Source of the DNA: an uncultured Desulfobacteraceae bacterium
GTDB lineage: Bacteria > Desulfobacterota > Desulfobacteria > Desulfobacterales > UBA11574
Assembly (NCBI GenBank): GCA_964492995.1
Contig: CAZBOB010000001.1
Location: 8,827 to 72,826, forward strand
Direction of reading: 5' to 3'
DNA: 64,000 nt
Part shown: piece after piece, positions 38,935-47,782 of the stretch
Numbering within the stretch: the stretch's first letter is position 1
Layout of the letters: every line of letters begins with the position of its first letter
Position numbers and translations under genes: made by a program
The notes under the pieces: model-generated
What the model was told of the DNA's origin: nothing
The model's input: only the letters and a program-made list of their open reading frames with translations
Databases searched by the model: none

Positions 38935-39512
38935 AATAGCTCAGTCAACCATAGGTTTACTAAATAGAAATTTTGGTTAATGTAACCCAAAAGATTGCAA
39001 ATGAATGGATAACGGCTATACTTGCGCAATCGGTATTATTTTTGGATAGTTCTGGTAATCTGAAATAGATCGCCTACTGAAAAAGTGTGGATACTATATA
39101 TCCAGTGAAAAAAGCTAAAAGTACCAATACCTCCAACTTTATCCTGGCGCCATAAATCCCTTAATGCATTTGATACGTCATGAGTGCCACACTTGGATAA
39201 ATCCTCATTTTTAAGGCTGGATTGAGGCAGAAAAAAATCAACATATTATGGTCTTAGTCTTAACTGGTCAGCCGACTTTTGTGACGCCTGCCTTGTTGAT
39301 GAATGAGGGCGATCCTGCAAGTGGTAAATATTGGGGATTCAAATCATCACCACAATTCCTATTAAATCCGCTATGAATCATAGAATAAGAAAAGAATGAG
39401 GGTCGGGCCACGGTAACAATCTATAATACCAGCAAAAAAGGACTGAAACAGGCCCTAAAATCGTCTTAAACCACTCTTTTTGGCCCCAAAAATGATCTTT
39501 TAAGCTATATAG

Positions 39513-39560
39513 TGTATGACCGAAAACCCTGATTTTTCGGTCATACAATTTATTTTTTTA
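39513..39560 (+). terminator. Strong Rho-independent terminator with no intact upstream gene
   Basis: Perfect 14-bp stem TGTATGACCGAAAA / TTTTCGGTCATACA with a 7-nt loop, followed by ATTTATTTTTTT. Confidence 0.7.
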
Positions 39561-39600
39561 CTTTATGATATTGATTTAATTGTCACTTAGGGAGAACACC

Positions 39601-39692
39601 ATGATAAAGCAGACCTCATTACATCTATTAAAGAGGAAGCTGAGAAGGTGGTAAACTTATTCTTCAATGAAATGGCTGAAAAAAAAGATTGA
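39601..39692 (+). pseudogene. HU/IHF-like DNA-binding protein gene remnant (frameshifted after the ATG and truncated)
   Basis: GGGAG 7 nt upstream of the ATG at 39601. One base out of frame it reads DKADLITSIKEEAEKVVNLFFNEMAEKKD-stop. Restoring one base after the ATG would give MNKADLI..., a typical HU N-terminus. Only about 30 codons survive. Confidence 0.4.
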
Positions 39693-39724
39693 CTTTTATG
39701 TTTATTTGGAGATAAGCTCCAAAT

Positions 39725-40918
39725 ATGAAGCAACCTAACCCGCCCATACCCCGACCGCGGCTATTGGACCGCACCCTTCAATATATAGAAGAAGCGCCGG
39801 TTACCGTGCTGCTGGGCGCCCGCCAAACCGGGAAAACCACCCTTTCGCAAATGGTGGCACGCGCTGTTATCAAAAACAGAGGTATGAACGTCCATACGTT
39901 CGACCTTGAGCGCGCCGCATCACGCGCCGCGCTTTCAACCCCGGAAATTACGCTCGAAGGTTTAAAGGGCCTGATCACCATCGACGAAATCCAGCGGGTA
40001 CCGCAGCTTTTTGAAACATTGCGTCCGCTGGCCGACAGGCCGGAAACGCCCACTCGTTTCCTGGTGTTGGGCAGTGCCTCACCGGGGCTTGTGCGTGGCG
40101 TGTCCGAATCTTTGGCCGGTAGATCTCTTTTTATAGCGGTCCCCGGTTTTTCACTGGAAGAAGTCGGTGTGGAAGCCCAGGATCAACTTTGGGTTCGCGG
40201 CCAATTCCCCCGGTCCTGGCTGGCAGAATCAGAATCAGCAAGTAATCGTTGGCGTGAGGCGTTTATCGCTACTTTTCTGGAGCGGGATATTCCGCAATTA
40301 GGAATTCGTGTGCCGTCTGAAAGTTTACGCCGGTTTTGGACAATGCTGGCCCATTATCACGGTCAGGTGTGGAATGCTTCTGAACTGGCCCGATCCATCG
40401 GAGCATCTTCCAAGACGACCCTGCACTACCGCGATATTCTCGCCGGCGGATATGTATTGCGTGTACTGCCGCCGTGGTTCGAAAATCTAAAAAAACGACA
40501 GCTTAAATCACCGAAGATTTATATCCGCGACAGTGGAATGCTGCACGCCTTGCTGAGAATTCCGGATATGGCGAGCTTACGGTCACACCCGCAATACGGC
40601 GCGTCTTGGGAAGGATTTGCCCTTGAACAAATCTTAGCATTATTCGGAGGCGAGCACGCGTATTTCTGGGGCACACAGCAAGGGGCGGAGTTGGACCTTT
40701 TGCTCTTTGTGGGCAAAGAGCGGTGGGGATTTGAATTCAAATGCAACGATGCCCCGTCAATGACCAAATCGATCCATGTTGCAATTCAGGATTTGGGGCT
40801 GGAACGAGTCTTTATTGTTTATCCCGGCAAACAGAGGTATCGGATTCATGAAAAGGTGGAGGTCATTCCTTTGACAGAATGCATTCATCAGAGGGACTTA
40901 GGGCTCGCTCAAAAATAA
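39725..40918 (+). CDS. AAA+ ATPase with DUF4143-type C-terminal domain (COG1373-like)
   Basis: Walker A LLGARQTGKTT, Walker B-like ITIDEIQRVP, and a C-terminal region resembling the PD-(D/E)xK-like DUF4143 domain (recalled). Confidence 0.7.
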   Translation: MKQPNPPIPRPRLLDRTLQYIEEAPVTVLLGARQTGKTTLSQMVARAVIKNRGMNVHTFDLERAASRAALSTPEITLEGLKGLITIDEIQRVPQLFETLRPLADRPETPTRFLVLGSASPGLVRGVSESLAGRSLFIAVPGFSLEEVGVEAQDQLWVRGQFPRSWLAESESASNRWREAFIATFLERDIPQLGIRVPSESLRRFWTMLAHYHGQVWNASELARSIGASSKTTLHYRDILAGGYVLRVLPPWFENLKKRQLKSPKIYIRDSGMLHALLRIPDMASLRSHPQYGASWEGFALEQILALFGGEHAYFWGTQQGAELDLLLFVGKERWGFEFKCNDAPSMTKSIHVAIQDLGLERVFIVYPGKQRYRIHEKVEVIPLTECIHQRDLGLAQK

Positions 40919-41024
40919 CTTCACAATTTCGAATCTTGGCTTCAGGCTATCTTTGGCCGCTGCTCAATCGCGAAGGCGGCAAAAGTGCCACGGCCGGTTG
41001 GGACGCCGATCCATCATTTTCCAA

Positions 41025-41474
41025 TTAATCGTATTCTTGAAGTCGGGAGAGATCGGCCTTGTCCTGGGGGCGATTGGAGATCTTTTTGGATTTGATTAAA
41101 TTTTCCCGATCTATGAAATTCACGATTTGTCGGCCATAAGACCCTTGGACACGGTTTTGCCAGATCTCGTTAAAGTCCAAGCCTTGAATCGATGTAATGA
41201 TGTCTATACTTACCGGTTCATATCCAAGCTGGACAATATTTCCCCCGGTGGAAAAGGCTTCGGCATTCAAGTTTAACGAGCTGAATCCAAACTCATCTGA
41301 AGCCAACAATAATTTTTCGGCATTTTCGGTGCTGGCTTGAACCCAGATATCAATGTCTTTGGTATATCGGGGCTCGGCATGAAACGCCAAAGCAAAGGCG
41401 TCGACAATGCAATACTGGACGTCATGCTTGTTTAATAATTCTAAAAACTCTTCGTAATCTTTTTCTGTTTCCAC
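41025..41474 (-). CDS. Small nucleotidyltransferase-fold protein (MNT/DUF6036-like)
   Basis: FLELLNKHDVQYCIVDAFALAFHAEPRYTKDIDIWV matches the G-x-x-A...D-I-D nucleotidyltransferase pattern. The tail has NRPQDKADL. Confidence 0.6.
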   Translation of the reverse strand: METEKDYEEFLELLNKHDVQYCIVDAFALAFHAEPRYTKDIDIWVQASTENAEKLLLASDEFGFSSLNLNAEAFSTGGNIVQLGYEPVSIDIITSIQGLDFNEIWQNRVQGSYGRQIVNFIDRENLIKSKKISNRPQDKADLSRLQEYD

Positions 41475-41625
41475 GAAAGTTTATCCCGGATGATTTAAAA
41501 AACGCTTCACGAAGAACTTGAACAGTTTCAAGACGTTGGGAGGCAGAGAATTTTTTGTAATACTCTTTTTCAAAACGCCTGGCATCATCAAAAGAGCCTG
41601 CTTTGTTTACCCATATTTTTTTCAT
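41422..41625 (-). CDS. Small conserved partner protein of the nucleotidyltransferase (67 aa)
   Basis: MKKIWVNKAGSFDDARRFEKEYYKKFSASQRLETVQVLRE... resembles short proteins I recall finding upstream of such nucleotidyltransferases. Overlaps the next ORF by 53 nt. Confidence 0.45.
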   Translation of the reverse strand: MKKIWVNKAGSFDDARRFEKEYYKKFSASQRLETVQVLREAFFKSSGINFRGNRKRLRRVFRIIKQA

Positions 41626-41722
41626 AACCTATTCATAACATTAAATAATTTAAAAATCAACACTCACCTGTCGGTATTTAAAACTGTAAAAAATAAAAAG
41701 CGAAGTCACCCTACGCGGTGGT

Positions 41723-44700
41723 TTATAATACTATTTCCCTACAATGATCCAACAACGGTGCAAAGACCTCCTCTGAAATTTTTTCAAATTCATCATCAAG
41801 GGGATCGGTTCTGCCGAAGCAACGCTCGAAATATGGATCTTCCGACTCTCCCCGTGCAAAATCGTTTCCGGTCCATTTGTTTTTGGCAAAGTTTAATGCC
41901 GCCGATAGGGTCTGATGCTTCAGCAGAAGATGGCGAGCATATTCAAAGGAGGATTCGGGAAAAAAATGTAACGGCTCTGACATGCCCTTCCAGAAAAGTT
42001 CAAGAAGATCGTTTAGAATATCTGTGGAGTTTGAAACCGGGGCAAATTCCCAGGAAACATCTTTGCACAAAAGAAAGCTTTTAACCGGTCGTTTTCCTTC
42101 AACAAGAACGCAAAGGATAACATGATTAACCCATGCTTTTAATAGGTATTTAGGTTTTGCTTTTACATATCGAATCTGGATCAGCCCCTGTTCATAAACA
42201 TCCGTAAGGCGGCCGCAAAGATTAAACCCCGCAACATTAATGTCAACATTTTGATCCTCCAGGCGGTTGCCGGTGATGTGATCTTCAATTTTCCGGACAA
42301 AACCTTCAGCATCCAGACTCATTTCATTATAGACCAATTTTCCCACATTTCCGTGAGGAAGTTGTCCGGAGGCCTTTTTCACAGGAAAAAAATTTTTGAG
42401 CTCTGATCCGGACAGCCTGTGTAACACCATTTCCTGCTCGAGCACATATTTTTCCAGATGCCCCAGATTGAAATTTTCTCTTTCATCGTAACCATCTGCC
42501 GTCTCATGCAAATATATGCCCAGACGCTTTTCAAGGAGAAATTTGGCCGGGTTGCTGAAGAAGGCACTGAAGTCTTTTATATCAAGATGTTTCCATTCAC
42601 GGGACGGATCGGGTAGCTTGTTCGAAATCAAACCGGGAATATCTTTGTGTTCATACCTGCTGCGACTGGCTGCAAAATTTTCCCGGGAATAGCTGAACAG
42701 TTTTCCGCCGGTCTTAAAATATTCCGGTGAAAAGGCCTGAAGTCTATGCAATGTTGTGATCTGATCTTCTGAAAGCCCGAATCCTTCCTTAATATAATCA
42801 ATAAGTTCGCTCACAAGAACAGACGGGGCAATCCGTGTGTTGTCACGGATGCTCTGCCCCACATAGCTGATATAAAATTTACTTCTGGCCGAGATAATGG
42901 CTTCCAGGAAAAGATACTTGTCGTCATTTCGCCGTGACCGGTCGCCGATCCTCGGATTTTTTGCCATCAGATCAAAGCTTAAGGTTTTTGATTCACGCGG
43001 GAAAGCATCCATGTTCATACCCACAAGACATATGACTTTAAAAGGGATGCTTCTCATGGGGAGCATTGCGCAAAAGGTTACACCGCTTGAGATAAAACCG
43101 GTTCCAAAATTTACAGATTCAAGAAGATTCTCCAAAAAGGGTTTGACCACTTCAATTTCGATTGGCCGATCAAATCCGGATAATTCTTCTGCCTGTGACA
43201 TCTCATCCAGAATCCGCCGCAAAACCTGTATTTCCCCTTCTGAATCCTCATCCGGCGCGAAAAACTCCTCTAAAATTTCAACAAGCTTCACGTGCCAGTC
43301 ACTTAATGTTCGAGGCGGGTCAAGGGAGCCGATGCAGGTAAAAACCCGGTCTAAGAAGTTCAGAAATTTCCCCAGTATCTTTACTTCTCCCCCTTCAACT
43401 TGGTCATAAGGGAGTATCCCTGAGAACAGTTTACGGTCCAGGCCCGGCATGGCATACCCCAAAATCAGCCTTTCGATTCCGGCTTTCCATGTATTCTCAG
43501 AAAAAGCGGGAAGCCCAAGTTCACGACGAAAATCAGCATCGATTCCCCACCGGATATTTGTTTCTTTAATCCAGCGTTCTGCAATTTCAATGTCCGACTC
43601 CGTCAGACCGAATTGCTTTTTTATCCCCGCAGATTCCAGCAACGCCATAACACGGGTTGTGCCGAGCCTGCTGCCTTTGAGATCGAGTATGGACATAAAT
43701 CCTTCGATGATACGGCTCTCTTTTCTTAATCCCCGGTCCGCAATGGTGAAAGGAATCCGGATAGCTTCATCTGTCTGTGCATCAAACACCGCCTGTATGA
43801 ATGGTGCATAGGATTCTATATCAGGGGCCATCACCACAATATCTTTGGGCAGAAGATCAGGATTTTCTTCAAACATGGCAAGGAGACTATCATGGAGTAC
43901 TTCGATCTCCCGCATGGGACTGTGGCAGGAATGAATCTGAATTGAAGTGTCAACATCCTGTTGCATGGTGTCAGTGTTAGGTGATGGGGAAGAAATATCG
44001 CTGGGTTCAAGGTCGGGAACTGAATCTTGGGAGTAAAATTTTCTGTCCTTTAAATTGTGAATATCCCACTGGATTTTAGAAAGCATATTATGCTCGTCCG
44101 GATCCTTGAATTGTTCGAACATCTGGCAATCGATCCCGCTGATCATTGAAAAGAAATTTCTCCCCAAAGTCCCCATTGAAGCCAGGAGCCGGTTCCCCTC
44201 TTCCAAGTAGAGTTCCTCCGTGATCCCCGTTGATGTTATATATTTTCTCTGAATCTCTTTTATTTGCCTGGGGGAAACAATCTCCGCCCAGTATTCCCTG
44301 CATATATTCATCAGAAAAAGATTCACCTGAGAAATCCTGGATATTTCAATAAACGTTTCCAGATGAAACGGGGGCAAATAGGATATTCCGAATATGGATA
44401 TACGATCGGGAAAATTTCCTATTTCATGGGGTTGTTTTTTGATCTTTTGAAGAAGGGTCTTTCGCATTCGCGCTCGATGCAAGTTTTCTTTTCCGGATGA
44501 AATTTCTCTCCAGAGTTGTGCCTGCCAGTGGTCTTCCTTGCCTTTTTCCCATCTAAAAATCATTTCCGGCCGGAAAACAAGATACTGGTCAAACAGATCG
44601 GCTATTTTTTGCGAAATCTGAAACAGCTTAATCCCATTTTTATCATCAACCATATATCTTTTCAGGCTTTCATAACCCGGGAAATGAATGGATGACTTCA

Positions 44701-44998
44701 AGACATTCATGATCTTGAAGGTCATTGCAACCGGATCAAAAGGGGAGTCTTCCGGCAAATCAGGAATTATTTTTTTAACAATTTCCTGTAAAAACAGGTT
44801 GGGAAAAAGAAAAGAACAGTTGGCGCAAATACCATTGTGCCCGGCGATCTCCATGGAAACCCAGCGCTCCATTCCCCTGCTCTGAACAACGATAATCTCC
44901 GGGACAAGCGGAGAAGGGAGTGGATCTCTGACAATCCGTGCCAGTTGTTCGGCAAGGATCTCCATATGGTTGCTGGTATATATGGTAAGGTCGTGCAT
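41723..44998 (-). CDS. recC: Exodeoxyribonuclease V gamma subunit
   Basis: 1091 aa. The N-terminus LTIYTSNHMEILAEQLARIV...PEIIVVQSRGMERWVSMEIA parallels E. coli RecC (VYHSNRLDVL...ILVQSTGMAQWLQM). Confidence 0.85.
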   Translation of the reverse strand: MHDLTIYTSNHMEILAEQLARIVRDPLPSPLVPEIIVVQSRGMERWVSMEIAGHNGICANCSFLFPNLFLQEIVKKIIPDLPEDSPFDPVAMTFKIMNVLKSSIHFPGYESLKRYMVDDKNGIKLFQISQKIADLFDQYLVFRPEMIFRWEKGKEDHWQAQLWREISSGKENLHRARMRKTLLQKIKKQPHEIGNFPDRISIFGISYLPPFHLETFIEISRISQVNLFLMNICREYWAEIVSPRQIKEIQRKYITSTGITEELYLEEGNRLLASMGTLGRNFFSMISGIDCQMFEQFKDPDEHNMLSKIQWDIHNLKDRKFYSQDSVPDLEPSDISSPSPNTDTMQQDVDTSIQIHSCHSPMREIEVLHDSLLAMFEENPDLLPKDIVVMAPDIESYAPFIQAVFDAQTDEAIRIPFTIADRGLRKESRIIEGFMSILDLKGSRLGTTRVMALLESAGIKKQFGLTESDIEIAERWIKETNIRWGIDADFRRELGLPAFSENTWKAGIERLILGYAMPGLDRKLFSGILPYDQVEGGEVKILGKFLNFLDRVFTCIGSLDPPRTLSDWHVKLVEILEEFFAPDEDSEGEIQVLRRILDEMSQAEELSGFDRPIEIEVVKPFLENLLESVNFGTGFISSGVTFCAMLPMRSIPFKVICLVGMNMDAFPRESKTLSFDLMAKNPRIGDRSRRNDDKYLFLEAIISARSKFYISYVGQSIRDNTRIAPSVLVSELIDYIKEGFGLSEDQITTLHRLQAFSPEYFKTGGKLFSYSRENFAASRSRYEHKDIPGLISNKLPDPSREWKHLDIKDFSAFFSNPAKFLLEKRLGIYLHETADGYDERENFNLGHLEKYVLEQEMVLHRLSGSELKNFFPVKKASGQLPHGNVGKLVYNEMSLDAEGFVRKIEDHITGNRLEDQNVDINVAGFNLCGRLTDVYEQGLIQIRYVKAKPKYLLKAWVNHVILCVLVEGKRPVKSFLLCKDVSWEFAPVSNSTDILNDLLELFWKGMSEPLHFFPESSFEYARHLLLKHQTLSAALNFAKNKWTGNDFARGESEDPYFERCFGRTDPLDDEFEKISEEVFAPLLDHCREIVL

Positions 44999-45153
44999 GG
45001 AAGCCTCCGACTCGTGAAAAATTCAAATATTACAGTGATTGATTTTTAATTTATCACCTTTAAGTAAGGATTGTAAAGAGTACAAACCGGACATGTTGTT
45101 GTAAAGCAAGGTTTCTGAGCATGAATAGTATTGTATATATGGCGCCACCCTAA

Positions 45154-45516
45154 GGGTAAACGCATTTGAATCCCAATACAGGGAGAACGCTCCACGATGG
45201 CGTGTATCTCTTTCCAACCGACTGAAACTGAAAAAGATGAACATCGAACATCGAACGTCCAACATCGAACGTTGAATGGGAAAAGATGAAGAAACAGAAA
45301 TAGCTGTTGAATGTTCGGTATTGGATATTTGTTTTTCATTCGATTTTAGAATAATTTGAGGAGCGGAGCGACATCATTATTCGACGTTGGACGTTCGATG
45401 TTCGATGTTGGACGTTCATCTTTAGTTCTTTTCTCAGGTAAACGCATTTGAATCCCAATACAGGAAGAACGCTCCATGCCGTCGCTACGCTAGACCGAAA
45501 TCAAATGCGATTACCC
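45154..45516. repeat. Composite element: 41-bp direct repeats flanking two inverted arrays of six 7-bp repeats
   Basis: DR1 at 45154-45194 and DR2 at 45436-45476 differ by 2 mismatches. The left array at 45235-45276 reads AGATGAA CATCGAA CATCGAA CGTCCAA CATCGAA CGTTGAA. The right array at 45380-45421 is the inverted equivalent, after a 103-bp AT-rich spacer. 45501-45516 (TCAAATGCGATTACCC) is an inverted partner of the DR 5' end. Confidence 0.85.
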
Positions 45517-45570
45517 TGATTCTATAATTTTATTGACTTTTTTGTTATTTTTTAATTAGTTAAATATTTA

Positions 45571-45757
45571 TGTTCAGGTGCTCGTATGAGTTTAATAGGG
45601 AACCCCGTGAAATTCGGGGACGGGCCCGCCGCTGTAACCCCGCCTTTTTCTGATTACAGTTAGAAAAAGGAACCCTTTTTGCCTTAGTGTGCCACTGTTC
45701 GTGTATGGATGGGAAGGCCGCTAAAAGGGCGGGGAAGTCAGAAGACCTGTCTGAACC
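45571..45757 (+). promoter_or_regulatory. Cobalamin riboswitch 1 (upstream of btuFCD)
   Basis: AATAGGGAACCCCGTGAAATTCGGGGACGGGCCCGCCGCTGTA ... GCCACTG ... GGGAAGGC ... B12 box AGTCAGAAGACCTGTC. P1 pairs GTTCAG with CTGAAC. Confidence 0.85.
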
Positions 45758-45814
45758 TAAAAGCCAAACTATCGTGAGCTGAGTTTTGCTTTAAAAATCT
45801 TGAGGATAAAAAGG

Positions 45815-45855
45815 GAAATCCCCGGATTGATTTAATTTCGGTCCGGGTTTTTTTT
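45815..45855 (+). terminator. Riboswitch 1 expression-platform terminator
   Basis: CCCGGA...TCCGGG stem followed by TTTTTTTT, ending just before the btuF start. Confidence 0.55.
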
Positions 45856-45868
45856 GAGTAAAAGCATA

Positions 45869-46774
45869 ATGAAAAATAAATCCAGGGTAATCCTCTTAAT
45901 GATGATGGCATTCCTTTTTACTGCCATGGGTATGCCATCTGATGCAAGAATCGTAACGGATCAGCTGGGACGTCAGGTAACGGTTTCGGATAAACCTCAA
46001 CGGGTTGTGGCCCTGGCCCCGAGTATCACGGAAATCATTTACGCCCTGGGTCAAGAAAATCTTTTAAAAGGGGTAACCCTATATAGCGACTTTCCCCCTG
46101 CAGCCGTGAGGCTCCCCAAAGTGGGCTCTTATGTACAGCTCAATTTGGAAAAAATAGTGGCGTTAAAACCTGATCTTTGTATCGCTATCAAGGATGGCAA
46201 TCCAAGGGTGGTCGCCCGCCGTCTGGAATCTCTTAAAATACCCGTATATGCGGTAAACCCCAGGAATCTGGAAACGGTCATGCAAACCGTTCTGGAAATC
46301 GGTAACCTTCTGAATGCCAACCAACGGGCCGACCTTCTCGTGCAACACATGTGGTCCCGGGTTCTTAAAGTTAAGTCCCTGGTGGCAAAAGCCGGATACC
46401 GTCCTCGGGTCTTTTTCCAGATTGGAATTACTCCCATTGTTTCCATTGGAACCCATACCTTTATCCACGAACTCATCGTTCTTGCCGGTGGGAAAAACCT
46501 GGCCCAAGGGCCGGTTGCCTATCCGCGGTTCAGCCGGGAACAGGTTCTGGCGCTTTCCCCGGAAGTCTTCATTATCACTTCCATGGCACGCACCGCGGTA
46601 TTTGAGCAGGTCAAGGCGGAATGGAGCCGCTGGCCGGATATGCCTGCAATTCGAGATCATCGTATTTTTCTTGAAGACTCCAATTTTTTTGATCGCCCCA
46701 CCCCCAGGTTGGTGGACGGTCTTGAGTTGCTGGTCAAACTGATACATCCCGAACTTTTTGATGAAACGCAGTGA
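45869..46774 (+). CDS. btuF: ABC-transporter periplasmic cobalamin/siderophore-type substrate-binding protein
   Basis: Signal peptide followed by RVVALAPSITEIIYALG and LKPDLCIA, typical of the BtuF/FecB family. Riboswitch upstream. The track ORF starts at a TTG at 45854; the ATG at 45869 is preferred. Confidence 0.8.
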   Translation: MKNKSRVILLMMMAFLFTAMGMPSDARIVTDQLGRQVTVSDKPQRVVALAPSITEIIYALGQENLLKGVTLYSDFPPAAVRLPKVGSYVQLNLEKIVALKPDLCIAIKDGNPRVVARRLESLKIPVYAVNPRNLETVMQTVLEIGNLLNANQRADLLVQHMWSRVLKVKSLVAKAGYRPRVFFQIGITPIVSIGTHTFIHELIVLAGGKNLAQGPVAYPRFSREQVLALSPEVFIITSMARTAVFEQVKAEWSRWPDMPAIRDHRIFLEDSNFFDRPTPRLVDGLELLVKLIHPELFDETQ

Positions 46775-47781
46775 ATACTAAAACACCATTTCTCCTAAAA
46801 CGACTGTCGGTTATTTCGTTATCTCTTGCACTTGTGTTGCTTATAGCAATGTTTCTGGGGATTTCCATGGGATCGACCACCAGTGGAATCAAGGTGGTTT
46901 TTCAAAGTTTGCTTAAAGCAAGAGAATCTGATCCCATGCTGGATACAATCATCTGGCAGATTCGTTTTCCACGGGTTCTGCTGGCAACCCTGGTGGGTGC
47001 GGCCCTTTCTCTGGGAGGTCTTGTTTTTCAAGCTCTGCTGCGCAATCCGCTGGCTGAGCCATACATCCTTGGAATTTCAGGAGGGTCGGCCATCGGAGCC
47101 ATCATCGGAATCCTGATAGGATTCTCCAAGTTTCCCGGGGTAAGCCTCACGGCCTTTGCCGGAAGTATCGCTATACTTCTGCTAATTCTTGTCATGTCCT
47201 CAGGACAGACCATTCTTAAAAAAGATGCACTCCTTCTTTCAGGCGTTATGGTAAACGCTTTCTGTGCGGCAGTCATCATGTTTCTCGTTTCTATGACCCA
47301 GGACTCCAGGCTTCATAATATTATTTTCTGGCTTATGGGTGACCTTTCAATGATCGATATCGGCCATGTGGGAATACTTGCTGCAATACTTTGCCCCTGT
47401 TTTATCCTGATTTTCTGGCTTTCCAATTCAATGAATCTGCTGCTGATGGGCAAGGAAATGGCACAAACCCTGGGAGTAAATATAAAGTCGGTAACCGTTA
47501 TCCTGCTGGTGACGACTTCATTTATGGTCAGCGCAACGGTTTCTTACTGCGGGCTTGTCGGTTTTGTAGGACTTGTTATACCGCATCTTCTTCGACTTGT
47601 TTTCGGGCCGGACCACCGGGTGCTTGTTCCGGCATGTGTTCTTGGCGGAGGCGCCTACCTTGTTTCTTGCGATGTCCTGGCAAGGGTTCTTCCGAAACAG
47701 GGCGAGATGCCCGCAGGGGTCATTACCGCAATGATCGGTGCGCCCCTTTTTATTTTTTTATTAAAAAAAACCCGGCGATAA
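46771..47781 (+). CDS. btuC: ABC-transporter permease, FecCD/BtuC family
   Basis: 336 aa and polytopic. RFPRVLLATLVGAALSLGGLVFQALLRNPLAEPYILGISGG is the FecCD signature region. Confidence 0.85.
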   Translation: MNTKTPFLLKRLSVISLSLALVLLIAMFLGISMGSTTSGIKVVFQSLLKARESDPMLDTIIWQIRFPRVLLATLVGAALSLGGLVFQALLRNPLAEPYILGISGGSAIGAIIGILIGFSKFPGVSLTAFAGSIAILLLILVMSSGQTILKKDALLLSGVMVNAFCAAVIMFLVSMTQDSRLHNIIFWLMGDLSMIDIGHVGILAAILCPCFILIFWLSNSMNLLLMGKEMAQTLGVNIKSVTVILLVTTSFMVSATVSYCGLVGFVGLVIPHLLRLVFGPDHRVLVPACVLGGGAYLVSCDVLARVLPKQGEMPAGVITAMIGAPLFIFLLKKTRR

Positions 47782-47782
47782 T

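Noticed and set aside
39000-39330. A minus-strand frame reading ...DLSKCGTHDVSNALRDLWRQDKVGGIGTFSFFHWIYSIHTFSVGDLFQITRTIQK that looks protein-like.
   Set aside because: It has no start codon, is interrupted upstream by stops and frame changes, and I cannot assign a family. It is noted only as likely gene debris within the accessory patch.
45235-45421. Could the regularly spaced short repeats be a CRISPR array?
   Set aside because: The units are contiguous 7-mers with no spacers, arranged as two inverted blocks. No cas genes are present, and nothing elsewhere in the window has 24-48-bp repeats with unique spacers.
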